Shown: in pieces, positions 1-8,671 of the stretch
Position numbering within the stretch: position 1 is the first letter of the stretch
How the letters are laid out: each line of letters opens with the position of its first letter
The notes under the pieces: model-generated
Databases searched by the model: none
Seen by the model: only the letters and a program-made list of their open reading frames with translations
What the model was told of the DNA's origin: nothing
Position numbers and translations under genes: made by a program
From: a virus
Lineage: Duplodnaviria; Caudoviricetes
IMG/VR virus record: IMGVR_UViG_2974521131_000001
Span: 1 to 64,000 of that record
DNA length: 64,000 nt
Strand: one strand, 5' to 3'

Positions 1-227
1 ATCGGGCCTTCTCTCTCCGGCACTTTTGGGCCGAGACCCTTCGATTTCAATTTGCTGTGGTACCATTGGGAGGGGGGTTTGGGGGGTGGGATGGAACCAA
101 ACTCCCTGGTCGAGACGAATGAGTGCTCGAAAACAGCTGGTGGCACCTCGGTTGAGGGGTTTGCTGTATGCAAAAAACCCGCCCCTCCCGATGCAGGAAG
201 AGCGGGTTCTGAGCCCGTTTTGAGCGG

Positions 228-536
228 CTACTGGTGGTCGGCGCGAAGCGCGAGATCGGTGATCTTCAGGTATTTGGCCGATGGCGGGATAGTCAGGTAG
301 CCCTTCGCCCCCTGGCCCATGATCACGTCCATGTCGATGAGTCCGCTGCCGACCTGGCAGCTGGTGTTCGAGCACAGCTCCCAGGATCCGCCCGAGTTCG
401 TCACGGTGTAGACGTAGTCACCCGGCATGATGTCCGACCCGACGCGGAACATGGCGTCGTCGGCCTGCGCGACTGGTGCGAAGAAGAGCGCGGCTGCTGC
501 GGCAATCCCCAGCGGCACAGCGGTTTTGAGTCCCAT
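228..536 (-). CDS. Secreted protein with signal peptide
   Basis: Hydrophobic N-terminus ending AQA, then FRVGSDIMPGDY and two Cys; GGGAAG RBS. Confidence 0.75.
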   Translation of the reverse strand: MGLKTAVPLGIAAAAALFFAPVAQADDAMFRVGSDIMPGDYVYTVTNSGGSWELCSNTSCQVGSGLIDMDVIMGQGAKGYLTIPPSAKYLKITDLALRADHQ

Positions 537-588
537 GAGCTTCCCCTCTGTTATGTGGACGGCTCATCTTAGATGACAGGTACGTAAA

Positions 589-840
589 TTGGCAGCGACT
601 TGCAAGGTTGACGGCTGCAAGCGCCGTGTGGCCGGTCGCGGTTGGTGCTCGTCGCACTATCGACGCTGGCGCAACGGTGAGCCGATGGATAAGCCTGTGC
701 GGCAGTACTGCCGATACGAAGTCGGGCCGGATGGAAGCTGTATTCCAGCTAACACCCGGCCCGCGCCCCCTCGCCCGCTCAAGCGAGAAGCTGTCTTCGC
801 TACGGAGTTTGCCCTGCTTCGGGATCTTGGTCTTCGATGA
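589..840 (+). CDS. Small Cys/His zinc-binding protein
   Basis: CKVDGC...RGWCSSHYRRWRNG motif, like the N-terminal module of phage HNH proteins; no nuclease domain. Confidence 0.55.
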   Translation: MAATCKVDGCKRRVAGRGWCSSHYRRWRNGEPMDKPVRQYCRYEVGPDGSCIPANTRPAPPRPLKREAVFATEFALLRDLGLR

Positions 841-1222
841 CCCACTCAGAGCGAATTGCGTTCATGTTTTCATAGAAGCCCACGAGGGCCTCGGAGACGG
901 GGTCTGAGTCACCTGCTTCATCGGCCAATCCGGTGACAATCACGGGACCGTAGAGAGCGTCAACACCTTCCATCTCGGGCTGCAGCTTCCACCACAGGAA
1001 GCTAGCCATGGAGTTGAAGGGGAGTCCGAGTTCCTTGTGGTCTGCGTTGCACCAGAGTGTGCAGTGATCGGTCGTGACGGTCTCGGTCATGCCGCCGACG
1101 ATCTCGCGAAACGATTGCGGTGCCTGGTCTACTTCGCGGACCTCGTAAGACCCATCGCTGTTGATGACGAGTGCCCTTATTGACGGTGCTGTCACGGTCG
1201 CACTGTAGCCTGTTCTGCTCAT
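800..1222 (-). CDS. DUF3846-like protein
   Basis: ALVINSDG...IVGG...LWCN...LPFN...LYGPVIVTG pattern; ATGA overlap with upstream gene. Confidence 0.7.
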   Translation of the reverse strand: MSRTGYSATVTAPSIRALVINSDGSYEVREVDQAPQSFREIVGGMTETVTTDHCTLWCNADHKELGLPFNSMASFLWWKLQPEMEGVDALYGPVIVTGLADEAGDSDPVSEALVGFYENMNAIRSEWVIEDQDPEAGQTP

Positions 1223-1533
1223 GTAGATCTCCTTCGCCGACGTGGTCTGTGCCCCGACACTTCTATAAGCCGAAGCTCGCTCCTCTCGCTCGGGGTTAAG
1301 GCCCCGCCACCTTTGAAAAGGTAGCCGTCAGCGTAGCTGTATCTACTGCCCTTTGTCTCCCCTGTGCGAGCGTTAATTTTCATGAATCTCTCAGTGGAGC
1401 ATCTAATACAGACGAGTCCTTGAATGAAGTTGCCAGCATCCTTCTGAACAGTGGTGTAGTCCCACGCGTGGCCGAAGACGCGGCACATCCGATGCTTCGG
1501 TGAGACCAGTCTCTCATCTTCGTTCTCAGCCAT
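1219..1533 (-). CDS. Hypothetical protein with CxxxGH and CxxC motifs
   Basis: Overlaps both neighbours in the AT-richer cassette. Confidence 0.65.
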   Translation of the reverse strand: MAENEDERLVSPKHRMCRVFGHAWDYTTVQKDAGNFIQGLVCIRCSTERFMKINARTGETKGSRYSYADGYLFKGGGALTPSERSELRLIEVSGHRPRRRRRST

Positions 1534-1915
1534 CGTGAGCCTTGTCGTAGGCCTCTTCGATCTCTAGCGGCAAGACTCCTCGAGTACTCACCTTGTAGCC
1601 GTTATCTTTCGCCCACGCTCTAATTTGTCGGCCTCGTTCGCGCTTCTGTTTTAGGTCCGATGACGGACTAGTTGTGCCTTGACTAGGAACCGGGCCGGGA
1701 AGTAGGTCTTGCTTACGTCTAGGCCTCTTCGGTTGCTTTAGCTTGCCGTGAGCGACATCTATGTAGGGCTGGATGAATGCGCGGAATTCGTTAGCGTGCT
1801 CTGTAGTGAGATCGAGGATGTAGTCAAATCCCTCCCATCCGAATTCGATGACTTCATCCGCTGGCGTTTCTCGGTCGAAGTCGTCGGTCATCTTGACGAT
1901 CATTTGTCTTGCCAC
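1526..1915 (-). CDS. lsr2: Lsr2-like nucleoid-associated protein
   Basis: GTG start after GGGAGG; MARQMIVKMTDDFD...IEFGWEGFDYILDL and C-terminal IRAWAKDNGYKVSTRG DNA-binding motif. Confidence 0.9.
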   Translation of the reverse strand: MARQMIVKMTDDFDRETPADEVIEFGWEGFDYILDLTTEHANEFRAFIQPYIDVAHGKLKQPKRPRRKQDLLPGPVPSQGTTSPSSDLKQKRERGRQIRAWAKDNGYKVSTRGVLPLEIEEAYDKAHDG

Positions 1916-1992
1916 TGATGGCCTCCCGTCTTTCGTGCGTACAGCCCGTGACCTTACTCTTGCGTGACTCAACAACACTGCAATGCATACAA

Positions 1993-2030
1993 GAAAGCCC
2001 CGACCTTTAAGCCTTAAGGTCGGGGCTTTC
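1993..2030. terminator. Intrinsic terminator, probably bidirectional
   Basis: GAAAGCCCCGACCTT (1993-2007) pairs with AAGGTCGGGGCTTTC (2016-2030); T-rich flanks. Confidence 0.8.
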
Positions 2031-2038
2031 GTTTGCGG

Positions 2039-2206
2039 TTACGACTCGACGCGGAGGAAGGCGTAGAGAACGGTGGTTACTGCGGCACCGATGCCTACGC
2101 CGAGGGCCATGTTGATAGCGTCTGGGGCGACCGTGCTGGCCAGGATGAATCCCAGGATGGAGAGGCTCCAGCAGAACGCGGCGTAGTAGGCGAGGAACTT
2201 CATCAT
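2039..2206 (-). CDS. Small two-TM membrane protein
   Basis: MMKFLAYYAAFCWSLSILGF...; ATGA overlap. Confidence 0.65.
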   Translation of the reverse strand: MMKFLAYYAAFCWSLSILGFILASTVAPDAINMALGVGIGAAVTTVLYAFLRVES

Positions 2207-2403
2207 TTCGCGTTCTCCCAGTCGCAGGAGGTGCCGCCACTGCGGTCGATGCAGTACAGGGTGCGGCCATCGGGGAGCTTGATCCACGTCTCGGAGTAGT
2301 TGGCGTGCATCTTGCTGTCCACGTCGTCACACCCGACGAGGGCGGTCGCTCCGATCATCAGGCCGATCACCGCGCCGATCCCGACGAGTTGCGCCCGCCT
2401 CAC
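2203..2403 (-). CDS. Lipoprotein (paralog of 2400-2648)
   Basis: GTGA overlap start; lipobox LVGC; LPDGRTLYC...SCDWENAK. Confidence 0.75.
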   Translation of the reverse strand: MRRAQLVGIGAVIGLMIGATALVGCDDVDSKMHANYSETWIKLPDGRTLYCIDRSGGTSCDWENAK

Positions 2404-2648
2404 TTGGCGTGGTCCCAGTCGCACGACGGGCCACCGTTGTTGGTGTAGGCGCTCTCCCAGACGCACAGCACCTTGCGACCATCGGGGAGGTCGACGTAGT
2501 GGGGCTGCGACCAGCCGGTGAAGCGGCTGCCTCCTACCGTGTTGCCGGGGGACTGGTCAGGTGCAGGTGCCACGTCACACGCGACGACCATGGCCCCGAC
2601 GGGGATCAGGAAGATGCTGGCGAGTAGTGCCTTGAACTTGCGGGTCAT
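2400..2648 (-). CDS. Lipoprotein
   Basis: Lipobox VVAC; LPDGRKVLC...SCDWDHAK; AGGAG RBS. Confidence 0.8.
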   Translation of the reverse strand: MTRKFKALLASIFLIPVGAMVVACDVAPAPDQSPGNTVGGSRFTGWSQPHYVDLPDGRKVLCVWESAYTNNGGPSCDWDHAK

Positions 2649-2655
2649 ATATCTC

Positions 2656-2865
2656 CTAGGTCTTCATGGTGGCGCGGATGGTGATCTCGCGTTCTGCTGC
2701 CCAGTCCTGGATGTGCTGGATGGCATCGTCCAGGGCCTCGAGGGCGTTTTCCAGCTCCTCTTCCGGCCCCATCTCGGTGAACCGGCGCAGGTAGTCCTGG
2801 GAGTTGTGGATGTGCCCGATGGACATCCGCAGGAACACTTCTCGAGCGTGTGGAGCGACGGCCAC
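2656..2865 (-). CDS. Hypothetical protein
   Basis: Tightly packed ORF with high GC3. Confidence 0.65.
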   Translation of the reverse strand: MAVAPHAREVFLRMSIGHIHNSQDYLRRFTEMGPEEELENALEALDDAIQHIQDWAAEREITIRATMKT

Positions 2866-2866
2866 G

Positions 2867-3016
2867 TCAGCCCTCCTTGATGTTGAGGATCAGCCCGCCG
2901 TCGGGCCTTCTGACGACGCCGTACTCGGTGCCAGCTGGGCACTTGATCTGCAGCGTCTTGGCCTTCTTGTCCCATTCGACGGTCGTTTGACCGCCGTCGA
3001 TGTTGTAGAACGTCAT
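2867..3016 (-). CDS. Hypothetical protein
   Basis: MTFYNIDGG...; start uncertain (3016 or 3067). Confidence 0.55.
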   Translation of the reverse strand: MTFYNIDGGQTTVEWDKKAKTLQIKCPAGTEYGVVRRPDGGLILNIKEG

Positions 3017-3103
3017 CTCGGACCCCTCTGCCAGTTGAAGTAGAAGACCTTGTTGGCCCGATCCCACCTGAGCTTCAGGTATCCGCCGAACACGTAATAC
3101 GTC

Positions 3104-3364
3104 TTACTGCGCATCTGCTGCCACCTTGTCCCACTCGTTTACGAACTCTTTTGCTTCGGCGAAGCTGTCGGCCACGAAGATCGTGGACAGCGCGACACCC
3201 GGCTCGGGTCGCACGAACACTCGCCAGCCGACGGGGTCGAAGCCCTCGGTCTTGCGCTTGTATCGGATGACGTAGAGAACTCGGGGATCTCGGCTGGGGG
3301 AGGCGTGGTAGACGCTGTAGCCGGGGTTGTCCTTGGAGACGTTCGTCCACTTCAGTCCAGCCAT
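3104..3364 (-). CDS. Hypothetical protein
   Basis: GGAG RBS before ATG at 3364; high GC3. Confidence 0.7.
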   Translation of the reverse strand: MAGLKWTNVSKDNPGYSVYHASPSRDPRVLYVIRYKRKTEGFDPVGWRVFVRPEPGVALSTIFVADSFAEAKEFVNEWDKVAADAQ

Positions 3365-3630
3365 GGCTGCTTCTCCATCCATGCGGCGATGTTCTGGTCG
3401 TGCTGCACCCTGCCCCAGATGCGGCAGGCCGCGAACTTGACACGGTCGCCGAGGTCGTACGGGTCGCTGATCTCACGCTCGGGGATCGTCACCGGCTCAG
3501 CGGCCTTCGCTCCACCGTCGGTTACGAGGGTGACCCTGATACCCCTCCCGTCTCGTGTGGTCCAGGAGTTCTCACGCTGGACGGACCACTTGAGCCCTTC
3601 GGGGAGTTCGGGCATCTTGACGTTGCTCAT
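3352..3630 (-). CDS. Hypothetical protein
   Basis: ATGA overlap start; high GC3. Confidence 0.7.
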   Translation of the reverse strand: MSNVKMPELPEGLKWSVQRENSWTTRDGRGIRVTLVTDGGAKAAEPVTIPEREISDPYDLGDRVKFAACRIWGRVQHDQNIAAWMEKQPWLD

Positions 3631-3875
3631 GACCACTCCACCGCCACTTCGGGGACCAGCTCGGGCCAGATCCCATCTCCCACCGGCCCGTCATCGGGGA
3701 TGGTGACGGTGAGGATGCGGATGTCTCGCTTCGTCCCGTGGGGGACGCCGTCGCGGCGGAAGTTGACCGCATCACCCTTGCGGGTGAATGCCCGCGTCTT
3801 CTGGGTGTAGTAGCCCAGCGCGAGGTGAGGCTTGCCCCCATCGAACTCAACGAGGATGTTGACTTGTGCGCTCAC
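3627..3875 (-). CDS. Hypothetical protein (distant paralog of 4248-4475)
   Basis: GTGA overlap; DIRILTVTIPDDGPV motif. Confidence 0.7.
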   Translation of the reverse strand: MSAQVNILVEFDGGKPHLALGYYTQKTRAFTRKGDAVNFRRDGVPHGTKRDIRILTVTIPDDGPVGDGIWPELVPEVAVEWS

Positions 3876-4066
3876 AGGAACTCCAAAAGGCTCTTGAGGT
3901 CGTAGACAGCTGAGTCGTAGTAGGCCAGCCGATCTCGACGCTTGTTTGAGATCGCATCGGGGTTGTCGTCGGCAACATCCACAGCCTTGCTGATGCGTGC
4001 GGATGCCGACTTCATGTCCTCTGCTGCCTGTTCGAGGAGGTACTTGATCTCCTTCTTGGCGCTCAT
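3872..4066 (-). CDS. Hypothetical helical protein
   Basis: ATGA overlap; MSAKKEIKYLLEQ... Confidence 0.7.
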   Translation of the reverse strand: MSAKKEIKYLLEQAAEDMKSASARISKAVDVADDNPDAISNKRRDRLAYYDSAVYDLKSLLEFL

Positions 4067-4251
4067 CCGAACACCGCCCAGAAGAGCAGCACCACGAGAG
4101 CAAGTGGCCAGACTATGGACGCGGCGAGTGCGGTGAGGGCCGCGAGCACGTAGTCCGTGAAGTCGTAGGAGTCCAGCGCGGCGACAACCAGGCCGATGAT
4201 CGCTGCGATGGGAACGCCGAGGATCCAGATGCCCGCGAGGATCTCCATCAT
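4063..4251 (-). CDS. Membrane protein
   Basis: Two hydrophobic segments; ATGA overlap. Confidence 0.7.
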   Translation of the reverse strand: MMEILAGIWILGVPIAAIIGLVVAALDSYDFTDYVLAALTALAASIVWPLALVVLLFWAVFG

Positions 4252-4475
4252 TCGACCCAGCTCGTCTCGACGTTGCCGTCGGCGTCGATGGTGGTTCGCA
4301 GGATGCGGACATCGTGCGGACGGTTGTGGCGCTTCAGCTCGTTGGCGAACCGGGTGCGCAGGCTTCGGGCCATCCCGAGAACGCCGTACGACCGGGTGTC
4401 GCGCTGCCGGTAGCTACTGCCGAGGTTGGTGGACGGCTCGGGTGTGAAGTTCACGAGCGTGTGGTAGGTGATCAT
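4248..4475 (-). CDS. Hypothetical protein
   Basis: ATGA overlap; DVRILRTTIDADGNV motif. Confidence 0.7.
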   Translation of the reverse strand: MITYHTLVNFTPEPSTNLGSSYRQRDTRSYGVLGMARSLRTRFANELKRHNRPHDVRILRTTIDADGNVETSWVE

Positions 4476-4759
4476 TTGATCCTGTCCATGAGTGGGTCCA
4501 GCTGGGCGGTAAGGGGATTCAGGACCAAGTCCTTGAAATCCTTCTTGTCCATGAGGTACTTGATCGCCTTCTTTCCGGTGGGGAACCACTGGATTTTGGG
4601 CGATGTGATGTCTTCGTCGGGCGGTAGCACGAACCACGACATCCCTTCGGGCGGAACGACATCCTCGCGTTGCTTGCCCGGTTGCCACTTCGCGCACAGC
4701 CAGTGATCGAACTGCGACGTGAATCTCCCTGGCATGAAGGGGTCTTCGTAAGCGGTCAT
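4472..4759 (-). CDS. Hypothetical protein, probably leaderless; first gene of left operon
   Basis: ATG lies 7 nt downstream of a TACGCT -10; no RBS. Confidence 0.75.
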   Translation of the reverse strand: MTAYEDPFMPGRFTSQFDHWLCAKWQPGKQREDVVPPEGMSWFVLPPDEDITSPKIQWFPTGKKAIKYLMDKKDFKDLVLNPLTAQLDPLMDRIK

Positions 4760-4766
4760 GTCACAT

Positions 4767-4797
4767 AGCGTAAATGCGCTATCAGCCTGATTACAGG
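4767..4797 (-). promoter_or_regulatory. CCTGTAATCA-class promoter (leftward)
   Basis: CC-TGTAAT, 17 nt, TACGCT, 7 nt, ATG. Confidence 0.7.
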
Positions 4798-4826
4798 ACG
4801 CTTGAAAGTCGATCTAACTAGTTTGC

Positions 4827-4835
4827 TGGTAAAAT
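4827..4835 (+). promoter_or_regulatory. Putative extended -10 promoter for the virion operon
   Basis: TGG-TAAAAT upstream of AGGAGG RBS. Confidence 0.45.
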
Positions 4836-4855
4836 GGGAGCAGGAGGTATCACTC

Positions 4856-5176
4856 TTGCCCGCTCCATCGATCAACTATGAGCGCCTGAACAATTGCCCA
4901 GCGATCTGGCTGGAGCTGTCTCTCGAAGAGGTTCAGGCGATGTTGCGCGATGACATCGAAGAGCTTGCATATCTCTACTCACAACAGGCCGAGGACGCAG
5001 TGGAAGCTGCGGCTACCGGAAGGCAGCCGAACTACCGCATCCGATCCCTCATCAAGGCCTGGGAGCGCACACAGGACGCGCACTGGTCCTGGTTCAAGGA
5101 GATCAGTAATGCCCACAATCGAGCCGCCGAAGGGACTCCGGTCCTGGGGGAAGCAGTTGTGGGAGAAGGTAACTGA
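4856..5176 (+). CDS. Hypothetical protein
   Basis: AGGAGG RBS then TTG; overlaps small terminase by 68 nt. Confidence 0.55.
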   Translation: MPAPSINYERLNNCPAIWLELSLEEVQAMLRDDIEELAYLYSQQAEDAVEAAATGRQPNYRIRSLIKAWERTQDAHWSWFKEISNAHNRAAEGTPVLGEAVVGEGN

Positions 5177-5504
5177 ACTCAACTCGTTTGACCCGGCTGG
5201 GTATTACATCCTGGCCGAAGCCTGCCGCACGGCAGACATCATCGAACGCCTGAGTGGCGCGCTGTCCTCGAACAACACCGAATGGGTGAAGCTTTCGGAC
5301 GACATCGTCACGGCTGTTCAAATCGCTGGGGTGGCCGTCGCCGAGATCAATCTCGTGGTCAACCCAATCCTGGGTGAGATCCGCCAGCAGCGGCTCACCC
5401 TTCGCCAACTTCTGGCACAACTCAAACTCGGTAAGACCGAGGCAGGTACGGCAGAGGACGACCCCATCGCTCGAATGATGGCCGAGTTCGCAACGCCGGA
5501 TTAG
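5109..5504 (+). CDS. Terminase small subunit
   Basis: PKGL...GKQLW...LAEACRTADIIERL...NPILGEIRQQR...LLAQL; directly before large terminase. Confidence 0.8.
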   Translation: MPTIEPPKGLRSWGKQLWEKVTELNSFDPAGYYILAEACRTADIIERLSGALSSNNTEWVKLSDDIVTAVQIAGVAVAEINLVVNPILGEIRQQRLTLRQLLAQLKLGKTEAGTAEDDPIARMMAEFATPD

Positions 5505-5531
5505 CAATTCAAGATAAGGACGGTTGGGCCA

Positions 5532-7073
5532 TTGTTGGTCGCAACTGGTGATTCGTGTACCACCACTGATGACGGTGTTTGGTACGACGCTTCTGGCGTC
5601 CGCATTGGAAGTCAGGTTCCACCGAACTACTGGTGCCCTGAGTATGTCCTTTCACGCGGCGATAAGGCCATCGCATTCCTGAATGCCATCGGGTACCACC
5701 TGGATCCGTGGCAGCAGTTGATTCTACGAGACCTAGTGGGCGAGAACGAATCTCGCAAATGGGCCGCGTTGGAAGCTGTGCTGCTCATCCCCAGGCAGAA
5801 TGGCAAGACGGCGATCACCGAAGCACTGGAGATCGTCCACTTGTTCCTGTTCGGAACACGACTGATCATCCACACTGCGCACCTCTTCGACACCGCGTAC
5901 GAGTCGTACCTGCGCATGTGCCAGATCATCGAGGACTGCCCAGCCCTCGACAAGTACGTCAAGCAGAAGCTTTCCGGTAACGGCAAGGTCGGCATCGTCC
6001 TCAAGAGCGGTGCGCGTCTGCTGTACAAGGCCCGTGGTAAGGGCCAAATCCGTGGATTCTCCGGCGATCTGGTCATCCTGGACGAGGCGTACGACCTCGA
6101 TCCCGAGATGATCGCAGCCCTCATCCCTGCCCTGTCGGCTCGTAAGAACCCTCAGGTTGTCTACACCTCCTCGACGGGTAACGAGGACTCGGCGGTTCTG
6201 ATGAACGCCCGCGACCGTGGAATGAACCACGAGGCGCGAATCGCCCTGTTCGAGTGGTGTGCTGACAAGGGTTGCAGCCTAGACGACGTTGACCAGTGGT
6301 ACCTGGCCAATCCGGCTCTCGGTATCCGCCTGGACATCGAGTTCATCGCCAATGTTGAGCGTGGCTCCATGGGCGACAAGGAATTTGCACGTGAGCGTCT
6401 CGGCCTGTGGCATGACAGCTCGGTCAAGATGCCGATCGATCTCGAGAAGTGGCGCAACCTCGCCGATGAAGCGTCTCAGATCACGAGCCGCATCGTCCTG
6501 GCCGTCGATGCCGCCCCAGACCGCTCCAAGTCTTCCATTGCCCTGGCCGGATACACCGCCGACGGCAAGAAGCAGGTTGAGGTCGAGTCGTCGGGCGCTG
6601 GTGTGTCCTGGTGTGTCGAGGCGGTCGACGCAATCTACAAGGGGCTGGCCAAGACTGGGCAGGAACCACTGGCTGTCTGTGTGCAGTCTGGTGCCCGCGC
6701 TGGCGCGTTGATCCCCGAGTTCGAGGCCCTCGACATCGAGGTGATCCCGTTCGGCTCGAAGGAAATCATGGCCTCGACCGGCTTCCTCTATGACTCGGTC
6801 GAGGACGAAACGCTTGTCCACCTTGGTGATTCGACTGTTGAGGACGGCCTTCAGGGCGGTCGTAAGTACAACATCGGCGGCAAGGTCTCGAACAACAAGG
6901 ACGGCGAGGACGAATACAACGGCTGGGGTTGGACCCGCGTTGACACGACCGTCGACATCACTGGCGTCTGCGCCATCACCTACGCCCTCTGGGGCCTGAA
7001 CATGAAGCGAGCTGAAGCCTTCGTGGAGAAGAAGCCATACGAGGGCAAGCCTCGCGGGGGACGTGTCTGGTGA
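5532..7073 (+). CDS. Terminase large subunit
   Basis: Walker A PRQNGKT, Walker B VILDEA, C-terminal nuclease region (LAVD). Confidence 0.95.
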   Translation: MLVATGDSCTTTDDGVWYDASGVRIGSQVPPNYWCPEYVLSRGDKAIAFLNAIGYHLDPWQQLILRDLVGENESRKWAALEAVLLIPRQNGKTAITEALEIVHLFLFGTRLIIHTAHLFDTAYESYLRMCQIIEDCPALDKYVKQKLSGNGKVGIVLKSGARLLYKARGKGQIRGFSGDLVILDEAYDLDPEMIAALIPALSARKNPQVVYTSSTGNEDSAVLMNARDRGMNHEARIALFEWCADKGCSLDDVDQWYLANPALGIRLDIEFIANVERGSMGDKEFARERLGLWHDSSVKMPIDLEKWRNLADEASQITSRIVLAVDAAPDRSKSSIALAGYTADGKKQVEVESSGAGVSWCVEAVDAIYKGLAKTGQEPLAVCVQSGARAGALIPEFEALDIEVIPFGSKEIMASTGFLYDSVEDETLVHLGDSTVEDGLQGGRKYNIGGKVSNNKDGEDEYNGWGWTRVDTTVDITGVCAITYALWGLNMKRAEAFVEKKPYEGKPRGGRVW

Positions 7074-8671
7074 CGATCTACTTCCAGTCCGACATCTACT
7101 GCCCTGACGACCCTCAGACCACTGTCGAATTCCCGGCTGAGAACCTCTCGGGCAAGCAGCTCGAGGACTACCTGACCAAGAAGCTGTACCCGGCGTTCAC
7201 GCAGGAGCGTGTCCGTCTGGAGCGTCTGGAGCTGTGGGGGACCGGCAAGCAGCCTGAGGTGCGCCCACTGAAGCGCAACACTGAGCGTGCCGTGCTGCAG
7301 CGCATGGCCCGCACTGCATGGCTGCCGCTTGCCATTTCGACGTTCGCACAGCAGATGATCGTGGACGGCTACCGCAAGGAAGGCGATCCCGAGAACTACG
7401 GGGCCGCGTGGGAGTCGTGGATCCGCAACAAGATGGGCATGCAGCAGCTGGCCATCAACCGCGCTGTCATGACGTTCGGCTACGCCTTCGTGCGTGTCAC
7501 TGAGTCGGTCGACACCGAAAAGACGATGGCCGTCATGCGGGCTGTCAGCCCCATGGACTTCTTCGCCCTCTACGAGGACGCCTACCTGGATGAGTACCCG
7601 AAGTACGGGTTCGAGCGTCTACCGAATGGCAACTACCGCTGGTGGCTGCCGAATGGTGACTACTTCCCGGTCTCGTTCGAGAAGGGCAAGTTCACCGTCG
7701 GCGAGCTGACGGAAACCGAGTACGGTGTCCCGCCATTCGTCCGCTACATCAACCAGATCGACCTCCGTGGCCGCTGCTGGAGCGACGTAGAGCCGGTCAT
7801 CGACCTCGCTGCCCGCATCGACAAGACGGCGTTCGACCGCCTGATGGTGCAGCACTTCAACAGCTTCAAGGTCCGCTGGGCCACTGGTCTGGAGCAGGCC
7901 GACACCCCTGAGGGTGTTGAGCAGGACAAGATCCGCATCGGCAACGAGGACATCCTCATTGCCTCGGATGTACAGGCCCGTTTCGGCACGCTCGATGAGA
8001 CCCAGATGGGCGGCTTCATCGAGGCCTACAAGGCCGACCTGGAGACGTTCGCGGCTGTGATGCAGCTGCCACCGAACCTGTTCGGCCAGGTGGTCAACGT
8101 GACCGGCGATGCCCTGGACGGCGCACGCCGACAGACCTACCAGCGTCTGTTCGAGAAGCAGACCATGATGGCCGAATCTCACGGCCAGACCATGCGTCTC
8201 GCTGCCCTGATCGAGGGTCGCGAGGACGACGCCGAGGACTTCCTGGCCCGTGTGACGTGGCAGGACGTTGAGGTCCGCTCGCTGGCCCAGTTCGCCGATG
8301 CGTGGGGCAAGATCGTCACCCAGCTCGGTGTGCCGAAGTGGGCTGCCTGGAACAAGATTCCTGGCGTTGAGCAGTCCGAGGTCACCTCGTGGCGTGAGCA
8401 CGCTCTGGACGACGACGATCTGTCGACGTGGCTGCGTGATGTGGTTGGCAAGACCACCACCGATCTCACGTGGGACAGCAAGAAGAAGGAAGCTGCAGCT
8501 CCTCCGGTCAACATGGAGGCCATTGAGGCTCAGGCCAAGGCGAAGGCTGCGGCGGCACCGGCTGGCGGATCCACCGGCAACTCCAAGGGCAAGGGCGGCG
8601 GGACTCGCACGACCAACCAGCGCCCGGTCAACAACAAGACCGGAGCTGATCGCGGTACGGCGGTCAAGTAA
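7070..8671 (+). CDS. Portal protein
   Basis: 533 aa after terminase; SPP1 gp6-like motifs (FGYAFV, PFVRYIN, SGDAL-like TGDAL). Confidence 0.9.
   Translation: MTIYFQSDIYCPDDPQTTVEFPAENLSGKQLEDYLTKKLYPAFTQERVRLERLELWGTGKQPEVRPLKRNTERAVLQRMARTAWLPLAISTFAQQMIVDGYRKEGDPENYGAAWESWIRNKMGMQQLAINRAVMTFGYAFVRVTESVDTEKTMAVMRAVSPMDFFALYEDAYLDEYPKYGFERLPNGNYRWWLPNGDYFPVSFEKGKFTVGELTETEYGVPPFVRYINQIDLRGRCWSDVEPVIDLAARIDKTAFDRLMVQHFNSFKVRWATGLEQADTPEGVEQDKIRIGNEDILIASDVQARFGTLDETQMGGFIEAYKADLETFAAVMQLPPNLFGQVVNVTGDALDGARRQTYQRLFEKQTMMAESHGQTMRLAALIEGREDDAEDFLARVTWQDVEVRSLAQFADAWGKIVTQLGVPKWAAWNKIPGVEQSEVTSWREHALDDDDLSTWLRDVVGKTTTDLTWDSKKKEAAAPPVNMEAIEAQAKAKAAAAPAGGSTGNSKGKGGGTRTTNQRPVNNKTGADRGTAVK

Noticed and set aside
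1-227. Possible physical left genome end (cos region)
   Set aside because: Non-coding and plausible, but end structure cannot be determined from this sequence alone
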